From an uncultured Gemmatimonadales bacterium (GTDB lineage Bacteria > Gemmatimonadota > Gemmatimonadetes > Longimicrobiales > RSA9): a stretch of 64,000 nucleotides of DNA. Every line of letters begins with the position of its first letter. Position 1 is the stretch's first letter. The stretch is from assembly GCA_963816355.1 (NCBI GenBank), contig CAWFKH010000006.1, forward strand, positions 256,001-320,000. The letters run 5' to 3'. This document shows positions 53,149-63,221 of the stretch, piece after piece. The notes below the pieces were generated by a model. That model was not told the DNA's origin. It did no database searches and saw only the letters and a program-made list of their open reading frames with translations. The position numbers and the translations under genes are program-made.

Positions 53149-53832
53149 GTGAGCGCCGGCCGCCGCACACGCGAAACTCGGGCAGTCCCGATTCTGTGCC
53201 TCTCGTTCGGATGGACCAGACACCGGCCCTACAGCGTGAAGGGCTCTCGCCTCGTTGGCGGACCGGACACACGCAAATACTCGCTATTCGTGCCCATCGA
53301 CAGACGCACGCTGCACGAATGGACCGGGGCGCACGCTGCCGGGGCGGCTGGAGCCCGTTTGTATGGCGCTCCGTCTGGAACTCTGGTCACGCACGTCGCC
53401 ACCGATCTTTCGGGCTCTTTCGTGGCGGCATCGCTGCCGCTCCAGGAGGAGGAGCGATCGTGGAGCGTCAACGTGGAGGTTCTCGATCCGGAGCATGTGC
53501 GGCTCGCGATCTTCTCGAAGAATCGCGATAACGTCGACAGCCCTATTCTGGGGCCGTGCCAGCTCCGCTGGCTCAAGCTGTACTGGGCTGCACCCGAGGG
53601 TGAGGCCGCAGCGTTCGAGGCTTTGGCCGAGATCGCACCGGCAGCCGCTGTCGAGATATACCTGAACGGGTTTGAGCTCAAAGGCCAGGCTGACAGCGAG
53701 CGGCATCGAATGAAGGCGCCACAACCCTCTTGGCTCGCTCCGATTCTGGAGCATGGAGACAAGCCGACGAGGGAACGAGCGATCGCGGCTGTCGGGTCGC
53801 GTTCTGGTTCGATCGCACGACAAGGTTCGTAG
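53149..53832 (+). CDS. Hypothetical protein
   Basis: 227-aa ORF; no motif recognised. Confidence 0.45.
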   Translation: MSAGRRTRETRAVPILCLSFGWTRHRPYSVKGSRLVGGPDTRKYSLFVPIDRRTLHEWTGAHAAGAAGARLYGAPSGTLVTHVATDLSGSFVAASLPLQEEERSWSVNVEVLDPEHVRLAIFSKNRDNVDSPILGPCQLRWLKLYWAAPEGEAAAFEALAEIAPAAAVEIYLNGFELKGQADSERHRMKAPQPSWLAPILEHGDKPTRERAIAAVGSRSGSIARQGS

Positions 53833-53885
53833 CGGAGCGGCACCGCCGGGAAGAAGGATTCGCTAGAGTTCTGGGCAGTAGCGGT

Positions 53886-55619
53886 CTACGGGGCGACGTT
53901 ACCAGCTAGCCTCCTGCGCGCATTCGCGAACATCTCGGCGATCTCGCGCTCGGCCGATTGATCCTCGATGAGCCGCGTCGCCAGGGAGATGGTCTTCTCT
54001 TCAACGTGGCCTCCCGAATACACGACTCGCATGCGTGCGCGGCGCCGCAGGAAGGTCTCGATTCGCTCCACCGCGGCTGCACGTTCGGAAGCGGAGACGT
54101 TCTCCTGATCGAGCACGCGTCGGAGCGCCTTCTCGACCGGGATCCGAATCGCTGAGATCGGGAACTGCTCGTTGGGCGCGAGCACAGCCGGGCGAGTCTC
54201 GAGGTCGATCATAAGCATACCGAGCACGAACCCTCCGTACTCGACACGCCGTACGCGCCGGCCACCACGTCCGAACGCCTTCGAGAACTTGATCAGGTCT
54301 GCCAGCCTTTCCTCGTCAATGGTGTTGCCGGCCTCCCTTTCAGCGGCGATACGCAGAAGCTCGATCGCCCAGGCTCTGTCCTCCGCTGATCGGTCCATCC
54401 GTGCCGTTTCATTGGCTGCCTTGGCCACCGCGAGACGAAGCGGCATTTCCACCCATTCCTGTTCCGCGCGACGACGGAGCTGCCGGACCTCGGCCGGGCA
54501 GCGGCCCGCACGAATCTCCTCCAGAATGTGGGGTGACAGCCTGGACAGCTCGTCGGCGGCCTCGAACAGCATTTTGGAGTAGAGGGCCTGTCTGACCATG
54601 TGGGGTCGGGCGCCGTCATAGTCGCCGCGCAGGCGCGCGGCGACGGCCTCATGGCTGCGAACCCAGAGATCCCGTGCGAACGGACCGAAGGCTGGCCGGT
54701 ACCGCCGCTGAAACCTGCGGTAAAGCCGCAGTTCTTCTTCCACCCATGGACCGTATCCACAGTCCGGTACTGGGTACATGGCCTTGATGCGGCGTGGTGT
54801 GATCCCCCTGACCCGCAGTTCTGACTGCACGCACAACCCGCGGCGCAGGAGGTACGCCTCCAATCGAAGGCGCCACTCCTTCCAGAGGATTTTTCCGCGA
54901 GCGCCCTCCGCCCAGAGGGCGGATAGAATCTGCCACCAGTGCGCCAGAACGTCCTCGCGCGACGACAGCACCCGGTAGAGCTTCAGGATCTGCTTCTCGC
55001 GAACGTGCTGCACTTCGGCGCTCATGCCCACGGCCAGAAGCTGGAGCGTCTGCTCGATAAGGTCTTCGGGGGCACTCGGAGGCCTGCCCGGGCCGGCCAT
55101 ACGGGCCGCATAGTCTCGCGGCAGCCGGCGCTCGACGAACGCGAGGATGGGGAGGCGGTGCCGACTCCTCACCTGCTGGTCCCACTTCGTGGCATTATCC
55201 ACCCTTCTCAGCAGCGCGTCCAAGGCGGCACTAAGTGTCTGGCCGAGCATGGTCCCGAGATGGCCGAGGCCACGCGCGCGGAGCGCTTCCGCGGGGTCCG
55301 CGAGGAGATTCAGCGCCATGCGGACCTTCTTTGACCGTTTCAGGCACTTTTCCACCTCGGCCTGCGTTGCGAACGGCCCCGGCACGGCCTCCCACCCCCT
55401 GCGCCGGCGTGGCCGGATTCGGCCAGCAGCCTCCAGTTCGCGAAGCGCGCCCTTCGTGCGACCGGGATGGGCAAGGCCGGGCAGGGCGTGGAACTGCTTC
55501 GGACTGAAGCCCGCCGCCACCGCCAGAAGGGCCATTCTCTGCGTGTCCGGCAGATCCGGGTCCAAGTACCGCAGAAGGGGTCTGATACGGTCGTCTTTAA
55601 GGTATGCCTGCACATTCAT
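53886..55619 (-). CDS. Hypothetical basic helical protein, possible N-terminal wHTH
   Basis: 577-aa ORF; KGALRELEAAGRI..RGW resembles a wHTH wing. Confidence 0.65.
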   Translation of the reverse strand: MNVQAYLKDDRIRPLLRYLDPDLPDTQRMALLAVAAGFSPKQFHALPGLAHPGRTKGALRELEAAGRIRPRRRRGWEAVPGPFATQAEVEKCLKRSKKVRMALNLLADPAEALRARGLGHLGTMLGQTLSAALDALLRRVDNATKWDQQVRSRHRLPILAFVERRLPRDYAARMAGPGRPPSAPEDLIEQTLQLLAVGMSAEVQHVREKQILKLYRVLSSREDVLAHWWQILSALWAEGARGKILWKEWRLRLEAYLLRRGLCVQSELRVRGITPRRIKAMYPVPDCGYGPWVEEELRLYRRFQRRYRPAFGPFARDLWVRSHEAVAARLRGDYDGARPHMVRQALYSKMLFEAADELSRLSPHILEEIRAGRCPAEVRQLRRRAEQEWVEMPLRLAVAKAANETARMDRSAEDRAWAIELLRIAAEREAGNTIDEERLADLIKFSKAFGRGGRRVRRVEYGGFVLGMLMIDLETRPAVLAPNEQFPISAIRIPVEKALRRVLDQENVSASERAAAVERIETFLRRRARMRVVYSGGHVEEKTISLATRLIEDQSAEREIAEMFANARRRLAGNVAP

Positions 55620-55860
55620 GTCGCTGCTCTGGGCTCAGGGTGCGTATTCCGGGCGAATCCGTCCACTGATTCCGGAGCAAGCCGTCCACTGATTCCGGAC
55701 GATTCCGTCCACCCGTTCCGGAGCAATCCGTCCACCGATTCCGGGGATTCCGTCCTGTCATTCCGGCGGAATCCGTCCACCCTGGGGGAGCGAAACCGAC
55801 GCTGGATGACCTGAACCGAAACAGCCGCCACCTTGTGCGGGTCCTGAACCCGGAGGAGAG

Positions 55861-57432
55861 ATGGCGGCAGAGAGGTTGTCCATGCGGAAGATTAAGGAGG
55901 TGCTGCGGCTGAAGGCCGCAGGCCATGGGAACCGGGCGATCGCCCGGAGCCTGCGGATCGCGCACAGCACGGTCCGCGAGTACCTGAGCCGGGCCGAGGC
56001 GGCGGAGCTGGGCTGGCCGCTGCCGGAGGGTCTGACGGAGGCGGAGCTCGAGGCCCGGCTCTTTCCCCCGCCGCGGCCGTCGAACGTGGCGCGTCCGCTG
56101 CCGGACTGGGCGGAGGTACACCGGGAGCTCAAGGCGAAGAAGCGGACCGGCATCACGCTCCAGCTACTCTGGCTCGAGTACAAGGAGGAGCACCCGTACG
56201 GGCTGCAGTACAGCCAGTTCTGCGAGCGGTACCGCCGGTGGCGGGGCGGGCTGGACCTGGTGCTCCGGCAGGAGCATCGGGCCGGGGAGAAGGCCTTCGT
56301 GGACTTCGCCGGCCAGACGGTGCCGGTGGTGGACCGGGGCACGGGGGAGATCCGCGAGGCCGAGATCTTCGTCGGTGTGCTGGGCGCCAGCAACTACACC
56401 TACGCCGAGGCGTGCTGGAGCCAGGAGCTGCCCGAGTGGATCGGGGCGCACGTGCGCATGTACGAGTACTTCGGCGGCGTCCCGCAGCTCACGGTCCCCG
56501 ACAACCTGAAGGCGGGGGTCCGCCACGCCTGCTACTACGAGCCGGACCTGAACCCCACGTATCACGAGCTGGCGGTGCACTACGGCACGGCCGTGCTGCC
56601 GGCCCGGGTCCGAAAGCCGAGGGACAAGGCGAAGGCGGAAGCGGGCGTGCTCCTGGTGGAGCGGTGGATCCTGGCCCGGCTCCGCAAGCTCACCTTTTTC
56701 AGCCTGGCCGAGCTGAACCGGGAGATCCGTCGCCTGCTGGACCTCCTGAACGACCGGCCCTTCCAGAAGCTGGAAGGAAGCCGCCGCTCGCTCTTCGAGA
56801 CGCTGGACCGGCCGGCGCTTCTCCCGCTCCCCGAGCAGCGCTACGAGTTTGCCCGCTGGAAAAAAGCCCGGGTCAACATCGACTACCACATCGATGTCCT
56901 CGGCCACTACTACAGCGTGCCCCACACCCTCGTCCGCCAGCAGGTGGACGTGCGCATCACCCGCACGAGCGTCGAGGTCCTGCACTCCGGCCGCCGGGTG
57001 GCGGCGCATCTGCGGAGCCACCGAAAGGGCGGCTTCACCACCGAGCCCGGACACCGGCCCAAGGCGCACCAGAAACACCTCGAGTGGACGCCCTCGCGGA
57101 TCGTCGCCTGGGCCGAGAAGACGGGGCCCGCCACGGGCGAGCTGGCCCGGCAGATCCTCGAGAGCAAGCCGCACCCGGAGCAGGGCTACCGTGCCTGCCT
57201 CGGCCTCCTGAGGCTCGGCGATCGCCACTCTCCCGAACGGCTCGAGGCTGCCTGCGCCCGCGCGCTCCGGATCGGCGGCGTCTCCTATCGCTCGGTCAAG
57301 TCCATCCTCCAGAGTGGACTCGACCGCCTCCCCCTGGAAGAGCAGGCGAGCCTCGCGCTGCCCCAGAACCATGAACATCTGCGCGGCGGAACCTACTACG
57401 CCGCCGCCGCCAACGGAGCCCTCTCATGCTGA
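55861..57432 (+). CDS. istA: IS21 transposase
   Basis: N-terminal HTH, FVDFAG, VPDNLK, PRDKAKAE (DDE). Confidence 0.96.
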   Translation: MAAERLSMRKIKEVLRLKAAGHGNRAIARSLRIAHSTVREYLSRAEAAELGWPLPEGLTEAELEARLFPPPRPSNVARPLPDWAEVHRELKAKKRTGITLQLLWLEYKEEHPYGLQYSQFCERYRRWRGGLDLVLRQEHRAGEKAFVDFAGQTVPVVDRGTGEIREAEIFVGVLGASNYTYAEACWSQELPEWIGAHVRMYEYFGGVPQLTVPDNLKAGVRHACYYEPDLNPTYHELAVHYGTAVLPARVRKPRDKAKAEAGVLLVERWILARLRKLTFFSLAELNREIRRLLDLLNDRPFQKLEGSRRSLFETLDRPALLPLPEQRYEFARWKKARVNIDYHIDVLGHYYSVPHTLVRQQVDVRITRTSVEVLHSGRRVAAHLRSHRKGGFTTEPGHRPKAHQKHLEWTPSRIVAWAEKTGPATGELARQILESKPHPEQGYRACLGLLRLGDRHSPERLEAACARALRIGGVSYRSVKSILQSGLDRLPLEEQASLALPQNHEHLRGGTYYAAAANGALSC

Positions 57433-58178
57433 CGCACCAGACCCTCGACCAACTCCACGAACTCCGCCTCACCGGGATGGCCCAGGCCCTGGAAGAACAG
57501 ATGCGCATGCCCGACGTGGAGAGCCTCGCCTTCGACGACCGGCTGGCCCTCCTCCTGGAACGGGAGATCACCTTTCGCGACGACCGGCGGCTCACCCGTC
57601 TCCTCCAAGTGGCCAGGCTCCATCTTCAAGCCGCCGTCGAGGACCTGGACTTCCGAAGCCCCCGAGGACTGGATCGATCCCTCATCCTGCGGCTCTCCAG
57701 CGGCCAGTGGATCCGCGACCACCAGAGCGTCCTGATCTCCGGCGCCACGGGCACCGGCAAGAGCTTCCTGGCCTGCGCCCTCGGTCACAGCGCCTGCCGC
57801 CAGGGCCTGTCCACCCGCTACTACCGCTTCTCCCGGCTCCTCGGAGAGCTGGCTCTGGCCCGGGCCGACGGCTCCTACGCCAAGCTCCTCGACCGCCTGG
57901 CGAAGACCCAGCTCCTCATCCTCGATGACTTCGGCCTCGCTCCACTCACCGACTCCGAGCGCCGCGATCTCCTCGAGGTCCTCGAAGACCGCTACGGCCG
58001 ACGCGCCACCCTCGTCACCAGCCAGCTGCCCGTCGAGCACTGGCACGCGGTCATGGGAGACGCCACATTCGCCGACGCCATCCTGGATCGGCTCGTCCAC
58101 AACGCCCACACCATCACTCTGAAAGGAGCTTCCATGCGGCGGAAGAAGAGTCAGACCGCCGCCGTCGCCGAGTCCTGA
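57426..58178 (+). CDS. istB: IS21 helper ATPase
   Basis: GATGTGKS, LILDDFG, ADAILDRLVH. Confidence 0.96.
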   Translation: MLTHQTLDQLHELRLTGMAQALEEQMRMPDVESLAFDDRLALLLEREITFRDDRRLTRLLQVARLHLQAAVEDLDFRSPRGLDRSLILRLSSGQWIRDHQSVLISGATGTGKSFLACALGHSACRQGLSTRYYRFSRLLGELALARADGSYAKLLDRLAKTQLLILDDFGLAPLTDSERRDLLEVLEDRYGRRATLVTSQLPVEHWHAVMGDATFADAILDRLVHNAHTITLKGASMRRKKSQTAAVAES

Positions 58179-58816
58179 ACACGCCAGCGTCGATTCGCTC
58201 CGACGGGTGGACGGAATGGACCGGAACAGGTGGACGGCTTGCGCCGGAACCGCCGGACGGCTTCCTCCGGAACTCGTGGACGGATTCACCGGAATAGGCA
58301 CTCAGGGTGCTCCGGCACGGTAGGCCAGTTGCTCCTGCTGCCGGTAGCCCCCCTTGTATCCGTTGTAAGTCTGCGTCCTGCGACCTCCGCCAGGAGCCCT
58401 CCGGAGACGTTGAGTAGCCCGACAGAACATGCGGGGCCGTGCAGGGTGGGGGGGTGCCGCAGGTCAGGAGTGCCTGTCGGCCGGCGAGTTGCCGCACGTT
58501 CGTGTGGAAGCACTCGGTACGGGGTCGAGAGTTTGACCTTCCGTTGAGGGATTCTCGGCGGGCGGCGCATGAGCATGAAGGGCTGAGGGGGTTTTGTCCT
58601 GCTAGTACTTCCCCCATCCCTAACTCGTATCAGAGGCCGCTAGATGATAGAGATGAACAACAGGCAGAAGTCGGACAAATGATGACTCTCTCGGGGATCG
58701 GCAGAGAATCGGGCGGCACATCGGCCTGTCGCCCGCACCCCTGAGCTTGGCTTGGGTCCGGATGGCCTCGCAGTGTGTGGAAGTCGACACAACAGAAACC
58801 CAGCACTATCCTGCTC

Positions 58817-59251
58817 ATGACTCCAGCACAGCTCGACGATCTCGCGCATTCCATCGCCTCGGAGGCGGCAGTAGCTCCCGTGAGCCCAGGGCGATCGGCA
58901 GCCGCAATCGTTCGGCACCGCTTGGTCGCGATGACGGACGCAGATCAACAGGCCGTACTCCGGCGCGCATTGGAATATCTGCGTCCGTCGATACCAGACA
59001 GAGATCCGGACTGGCTGACGCTGCATGAGGCCGCGGTTAGGCTGAGGACGACAGAGCGAGCGCTGAAGCGCGCGTTCCGTACCATTGCCGGGCGCCGTGC
59101 GTATGGGTGGCCGAGGTGGCGTGCGAACCGATGGTGGGTTGCTCGCCAAGCGGTCGATCCTGCGCTGGCGCCGGCCTATTTCGCCGCGCTTCCAAACGCG
59201 GAGCCGTGGCCGCCCGACGCACTACCGGACTGGGTGGAGGATGGGCGATGA
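58817..59251 (+). CDS. Hypothetical protein with Xis/MerR-like HTH
   Basis: WLTLHEAAVRLRTTERAL motif. Confidence 0.55.
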   Translation: MTPAQLDDLAHSIASEAAVAPVSPGRSAAAIVRHRLVAMTDADQQAVLRRALEYLRPSIPDRDPDWLTLHEAAVRLRTTERALKRAFRTIAGRRAYGWPRWRANRWWVARQAVDPALAPAYFAALPNAEPWPPDALPDWVEDGR

Positions 59252-59475
59252 GTCGCCCGACCCATTTGAGCGCGTCTGCCTGGATCTCCAGGCCAGCTGC
59301 AGTCGGCTGCGCCGATCGTGGCCAAGGGACCGAGGCGTATCCAGCGCGGAAGGCGTTTCGCCGCCGAGATCGGCCACGCCGGTATGCAACAAGCGCCTGC
59401 CGCTTTCCGGGTCTTCGAACGTAGCAGCCATTTCGGCCACTAGCTCGGCCGGGAGTTCTAGTTCGTCTCCCAAGT

Positions 59476-60718
59476 TCACCGGTCCGACTGTAGATCGGCA
59501 GGAGCGGGCAGCGACGCGAGCTGCTCCATGAGTTCGGAGTCGGCCCCAGCCGGCGAACGCCAGGGAAGATTCACCCTCTCCCTTCCAACGAGCAGCTTCA
59601 CCATACTTCCCTTGCGGTCTTCCGTAAGGAGCCGCAACCGTGCGGCGTTATCGGCCTTACGAAACGGCCTTGTTACCTGCGCCTCAGCTCGTCCCACTGT
59701 GCGTCGGCCAAGAGTCACCCTGACGCGAAGAACGGTCCCGGTTCCGGTCGTCTCGACCCAATATCGCAGGCCATCATCGACAGATTCGACAAGCGCGTCG
59801 GCGGAAAGACGCCTCGCTTCCCGCACTTCCCTGTCGAGGAGCCGGAGCACCAAGCTCGGATCCGGGACAGGAGGCGGGTCCTGGTTCAGCCCCTCTACAT
59901 AGGGCTCCCACTGATCCGCGTGTTGGGGCTCAGCGCCTCTTCCCCAGAGTCTTTGTTCTCCACGGGACACCAGGGACATTGCTGGAACGACCTTCGTTCG
60001 TAGCCAATCCCTGGCGGCCGGAGAATTCCAGTACCCATCGGGCGTTTCAGCCACCACGGTTCGGTGCAGATACTCCAGTATTTCAGTAGCACACGAGTGC
60101 CGGCTTGGCGGGAAGTGCCTTCGTAACGGGTCGATGCCACGCGCGCCTCGGTCGATCCAGGAAGGGAAAGCGGCCGGCGCCGGTTCGCCAAATGCTGGTT
60201 GAGGAAGGCCCAGCACCAGAGCCGCAATCCCGCGTGCCCGCGACAGGAGCAGCCACAATCAGATGGTGGTGAACCTTCTTCAAGGCCGGATCCGGGCGCT
60301 TCGGGTCGCGCGCCGGAAAATCACTCTGCCTCCGATGGGCGAGGCCGTATACCCGCACGACCTGCTCCAACACTGAGTAGTAGCCGACTTCCCCCCGGTA
60401 TTGGCGAAACTCGGATCCGATCACACCTCTCGCCAAATGACGGCTTGCTGTTGTGAAATGAATCCCGCTGGCCTCGATCGCCCGATCCCGCGCGCGCGCG
60501 ATCCCGACGAGCGGTGTCAACGCAATCAAGGTCTCGAAAAACGCGCGCCGCCTCTCGGCCTCCGCCTTCGCATTCCGAACGCCGCCGCTAACCGTGAACC
60601 GGTGACCGCAGGCTGGGCCGGCGCACCGCACGCGGACGCGCACGATCCCTTCCGACGACCGTCGCTGATCGTGCCTCCAGATCCGCGTCCCCCCGCATTT
60701 TGGACAGATCATACCCAT
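59476..60718 (-). CDS. Zinc-ribbon protein; probably one frameshifted gene or two overlapping ORFs
   Basis: CPKC-x23-CAGPAC-GHRF at the N-terminus; overlapping ORFs 60083-60766 and 59476-60258. Confidence 0.4.
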
Positions 60719-60966
60719 CAATTTGCGATGTGGGGAGTGGGCTTGGCAAGAGAGGCCGAATGCCATGCTGACCGCATAACTCTATATGCGGCAGTGCATT
60801 GACAACTATCAACGAGTCCCAACCTGGGCTCGAGGTTTCAAGATCTGGAGGGAGATCCGTGTCGGGTATGGTGTGCCACCTGGGCCGGACCCACCGGCCC
60901 TGGCAGTCGCGAACGCAAGTCCCTCACGGTGTGACGAGGGCAGCACCAGAACCGACGGAGCTTTGA

Positions 60967-61326
60967 GTGAACGAATCCACGATCGACGGACTGGCCAAAC
61001 GCGTCGAGAAGCTGGCCGAGAGCGAGATCGCCGCTACGGGCCCCTTGCTGGCACTGTTGGCGGAGCTTCTCGACGACGCGCGCCGGCAGTATGACCGGAA
61101 CTCCGCGGCCGTGCTTGTGGCCGTTCGCGCCCGGCTGGTTGAGGCACTGGAGAACGCGGTCGAGCTGGACCGCTGGATCAGCGTGCGAGAGGCGGCCGTC
61201 ATCGCGCGTCGCCCGCAAGGCACGGTCCGCTATTGGTGCCGCGAGCGACTGGTCGTCGCCCGGAAGGTAGGCGCGCGTGACTGGGAGATCGACCGCGACA
61301 GCCTCCTGAAGCGGGCGGCCGCATGA
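60967..61326 (+). CDS. Excisionase-like HTH protein
   Basis: WISVREAAVIARRPQGTVRYWC..ARKVG..WEIDRDSL; ATGA overlap with the integrase. Confidence 0.75.
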   Translation: MNESTIDGLAKRVEKLAESEIAATGPLLALLAELLDDARRQYDRNSAAVLVAVRARLVEALENAVELDRWISVREAAVIARRPQGTVRYWCRERLVVARKVGARDWEIDRDSLLKRAAA

Positions 61327-63027
61327 CCCCCGCCAAGAACGAGCACATTGCCCTCGGCGCTTGGGCCTACGCGATCAAGGCGCGCCCCCGCCTGACGCTC
61401 AAGGAGTCCGTCGGCAAGAACGGCACGATCGTGATCGCCCACTGGTACGACCCCCACGCGCGGGGAGGCAAGACGAGCGCGGAGTGCAGCTCGCGCAGGT
61501 CGACGGTACGACCCCCACGCGCGGGGAGGCAAGGGGGCGCCGAAGACGAAGTCGACCGGTATCTCCATCCGCTATCCGGACGGCTCACGGGATGGGCAGG
61601 TCAATCCCTCGCTCGAGCAGGAGGTCATCAAGCTCGCGCAGCAGTGGCATGCTGATCTCCTGGCCGGCAACGAGCCCGGTGCGACAAAGGTCGAACATCG
61701 GAAGAAGAGCGAGGAAGAGGAGCGGGCGGGACGGACGATCCGCGAAGGCTTCGGCCTGTACACTGGCCCAGCTGGACGCTACCCACCGGGCAGTTCGGCC
61801 CGCAGTGACCTCGTCCGCGCCGGCGACGACTGTGTGGCTGCACTGGGCGAGGCATCGACGTGGGCGGGAGTTGTCTCCATGTCCGCCGCTGAGACCATCT
61901 GGCGTTACGTGCAGAAGCGCTTCGCGGCCGAGAACGCACACGAACGTCCCGGCGTTGCGGAGCCCAAACGGCAGAGCAAGGTCCGCCGCATCACGGCACC
62001 CCGGTCCAGGGAGAGCGACGGCTCGGTTTGGGCTCGGCGCTGCGTGCAGCACTTCTTCTCCTGCGCCAACTGGCTGGAGACGCGCGGGAAGATCCCGTCG
62101 GGCGTATGCCAGCGCCCAGACAACTGGCAGGCCGAGTTCCGCGTGGACTGGAGCCGCCTCACCGGCCGCGATCTCGACGCTGCCGAAGAACTGGAAGGGC
62201 TGCGCCACACGCCGGACGAGGCGAAGCGGATCCTCGTCAGGCTGAGCGACCCGCAGGTCGATCCCCGTATTCGTCTCCACATTATGTGCGGCGGCGACAG
62301 CCTACGTGCGGGACAGGTCACGCGCTCCATGCGCAGTGATCTGGACTTGAGCCCTGTGGGTGAATTCGGCCTGGGTAGACTGCGCGTCCGCGGCAGGGGC
62401 AAGAAAAAGGGGAGCGTCATCGACATCGACCCGGCGCTGCGGGCGCAGATCGAGTATGAACTCGACGCCGGCTACCTGCGGGACTGTGAGGCCGCGTATC
62501 AGAGTAGCGGCACCGATAAGATCAGCGACTATGCGCTGTTCGCGCAGGGGCGCTTCGTAGGCGGCGCAATCCCCGTCCGCCCGAACCGCAAGTACCTCAA
62601 ACCTGCATCGGATCGCGGAATGCTGGAATGGTTCCACGAGCTCGAGGCGCTCGCCGGCATCGAGCACCAGGACGGACGCGCATGGTACGGACTCCGTCGC
62701 CTGTGGGCCGATCTGGGTGAGCAGACTCTGCAGACAAAGAGAGCGAAGGAGGTGCTCTCAAGTCACGCCCGTGGCAGCCGCATGTCCGAGCAGGTCTACC
62801 AGAGCAAGGAAGACGAACGCGCGATCCGTGAGGCCAGTCGCGGCCGCACTGCGATTCGCGAGGCGCTGACGTCGGGAAGGATCAGCGACGCTACAGCGCT
62901 TCGCGGCGCAGTCGCACAGAGCCTGGCAGTCGCCAAGCCGGAACTGCTCCGTCGCGTGCTGGAGGTGCTGGGTGTGCCTGATCCGACCCGGCCGAACGAC
63001 GAGGAGGAGGCAAGTGCGCAGGACTGA
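61323..63027 (+). pseudogene. Island tyrosine integrase disrupted by a 61-bp insertion
   Basis: SLRAGQ / GKKKG / YGLRR / SSH..QVY motifs; deleting 61473-61533 yields one uninterrupted 547-aa ORF. Confidence 0.8.
61444..61533. repeat. Two identical 29-bp repeats around a 32-bp spacer (mini CRISPR-like unit)
   Basis: ggtacgacccccacgcgcggggaggcaag at 61444-61472 and 61505-61533. Confidence 0.92.
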
Positions 63028-63040
63028 CCTTAGTGAAAAA

Positions 63041-63081
63041 CTTAGGGACGGCCAGCTTAGTCATCAGCGGCCGTCCCTAAG
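63041..63081. terminator. Hairpin between the integrase and the tRNA 3' end
   Basis: cttagggacggcc / ggccgtccctaag 13-bp stem, followed by TTTTT on the minus strand. Confidence 0.7.
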
Positions 63082-63120
63082 TCACGATTCGGACTTCTTC
63101 TCTTGCAACAATTCCGACAG

Positions 63121-63194
63121 TCGGGACGGCGGGATTTGAACCCGCGACCCCCTGAACCCCATTCAGGTGCGCTACCGGGCTGCGCTACGTCCCG
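63121..63194 (-). tRNA. tRNA-Pro(GGG), CCA not encoded
   Basis: CGGGACGTAGCGCAGCCCGGTAGCGCACCTGAATGGGGTTCAGGGGGTCGCGGGTTCAAATCCCGCCGTCCCGA folds as a cloverleaf with anticodon GGG. Confidence 0.97.
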
Positions 63195-63221
63195 AGGCGG
63201 TGAAGATAACCGCCGCCTCCG

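Larger units (their letters stand above)
55641..58300 (+). mobile_element. IS21-family insertion sequence, 2660 bp, with 7-bp target duplication CTCAGGG
   Basis: Ends TGCGTATTCCGG.../...CCGGAATAGGCA; multiple subterminal repeats; ctcaggg at 55634-55640 and 58301-58307. Confidence 0.96.
28955..63162. mobile_element. ~34 kb genomic island integrated at tRNA-Pro(GGG)
   Basis: 45-bp direct repeats, integrase adjacent to the tRNA, visibly lower GC, defence and mobility cargo. Confidence 0.93.

Noticed and set aside
55641..55785. Regularly spaced ttccgg...ccgtccac repeats resembling a CRISPR array or iterons
   Set aside because: They are the subterminal repeats typical of IS21 ends and are mirrored at 58200-58300.
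61444..61533. A functional CRISPR array
   Set aside because: Only two repeats, inside a gene, with no leader or cas genes nearby. Reported instead as a possible ectopic acquisition scar.
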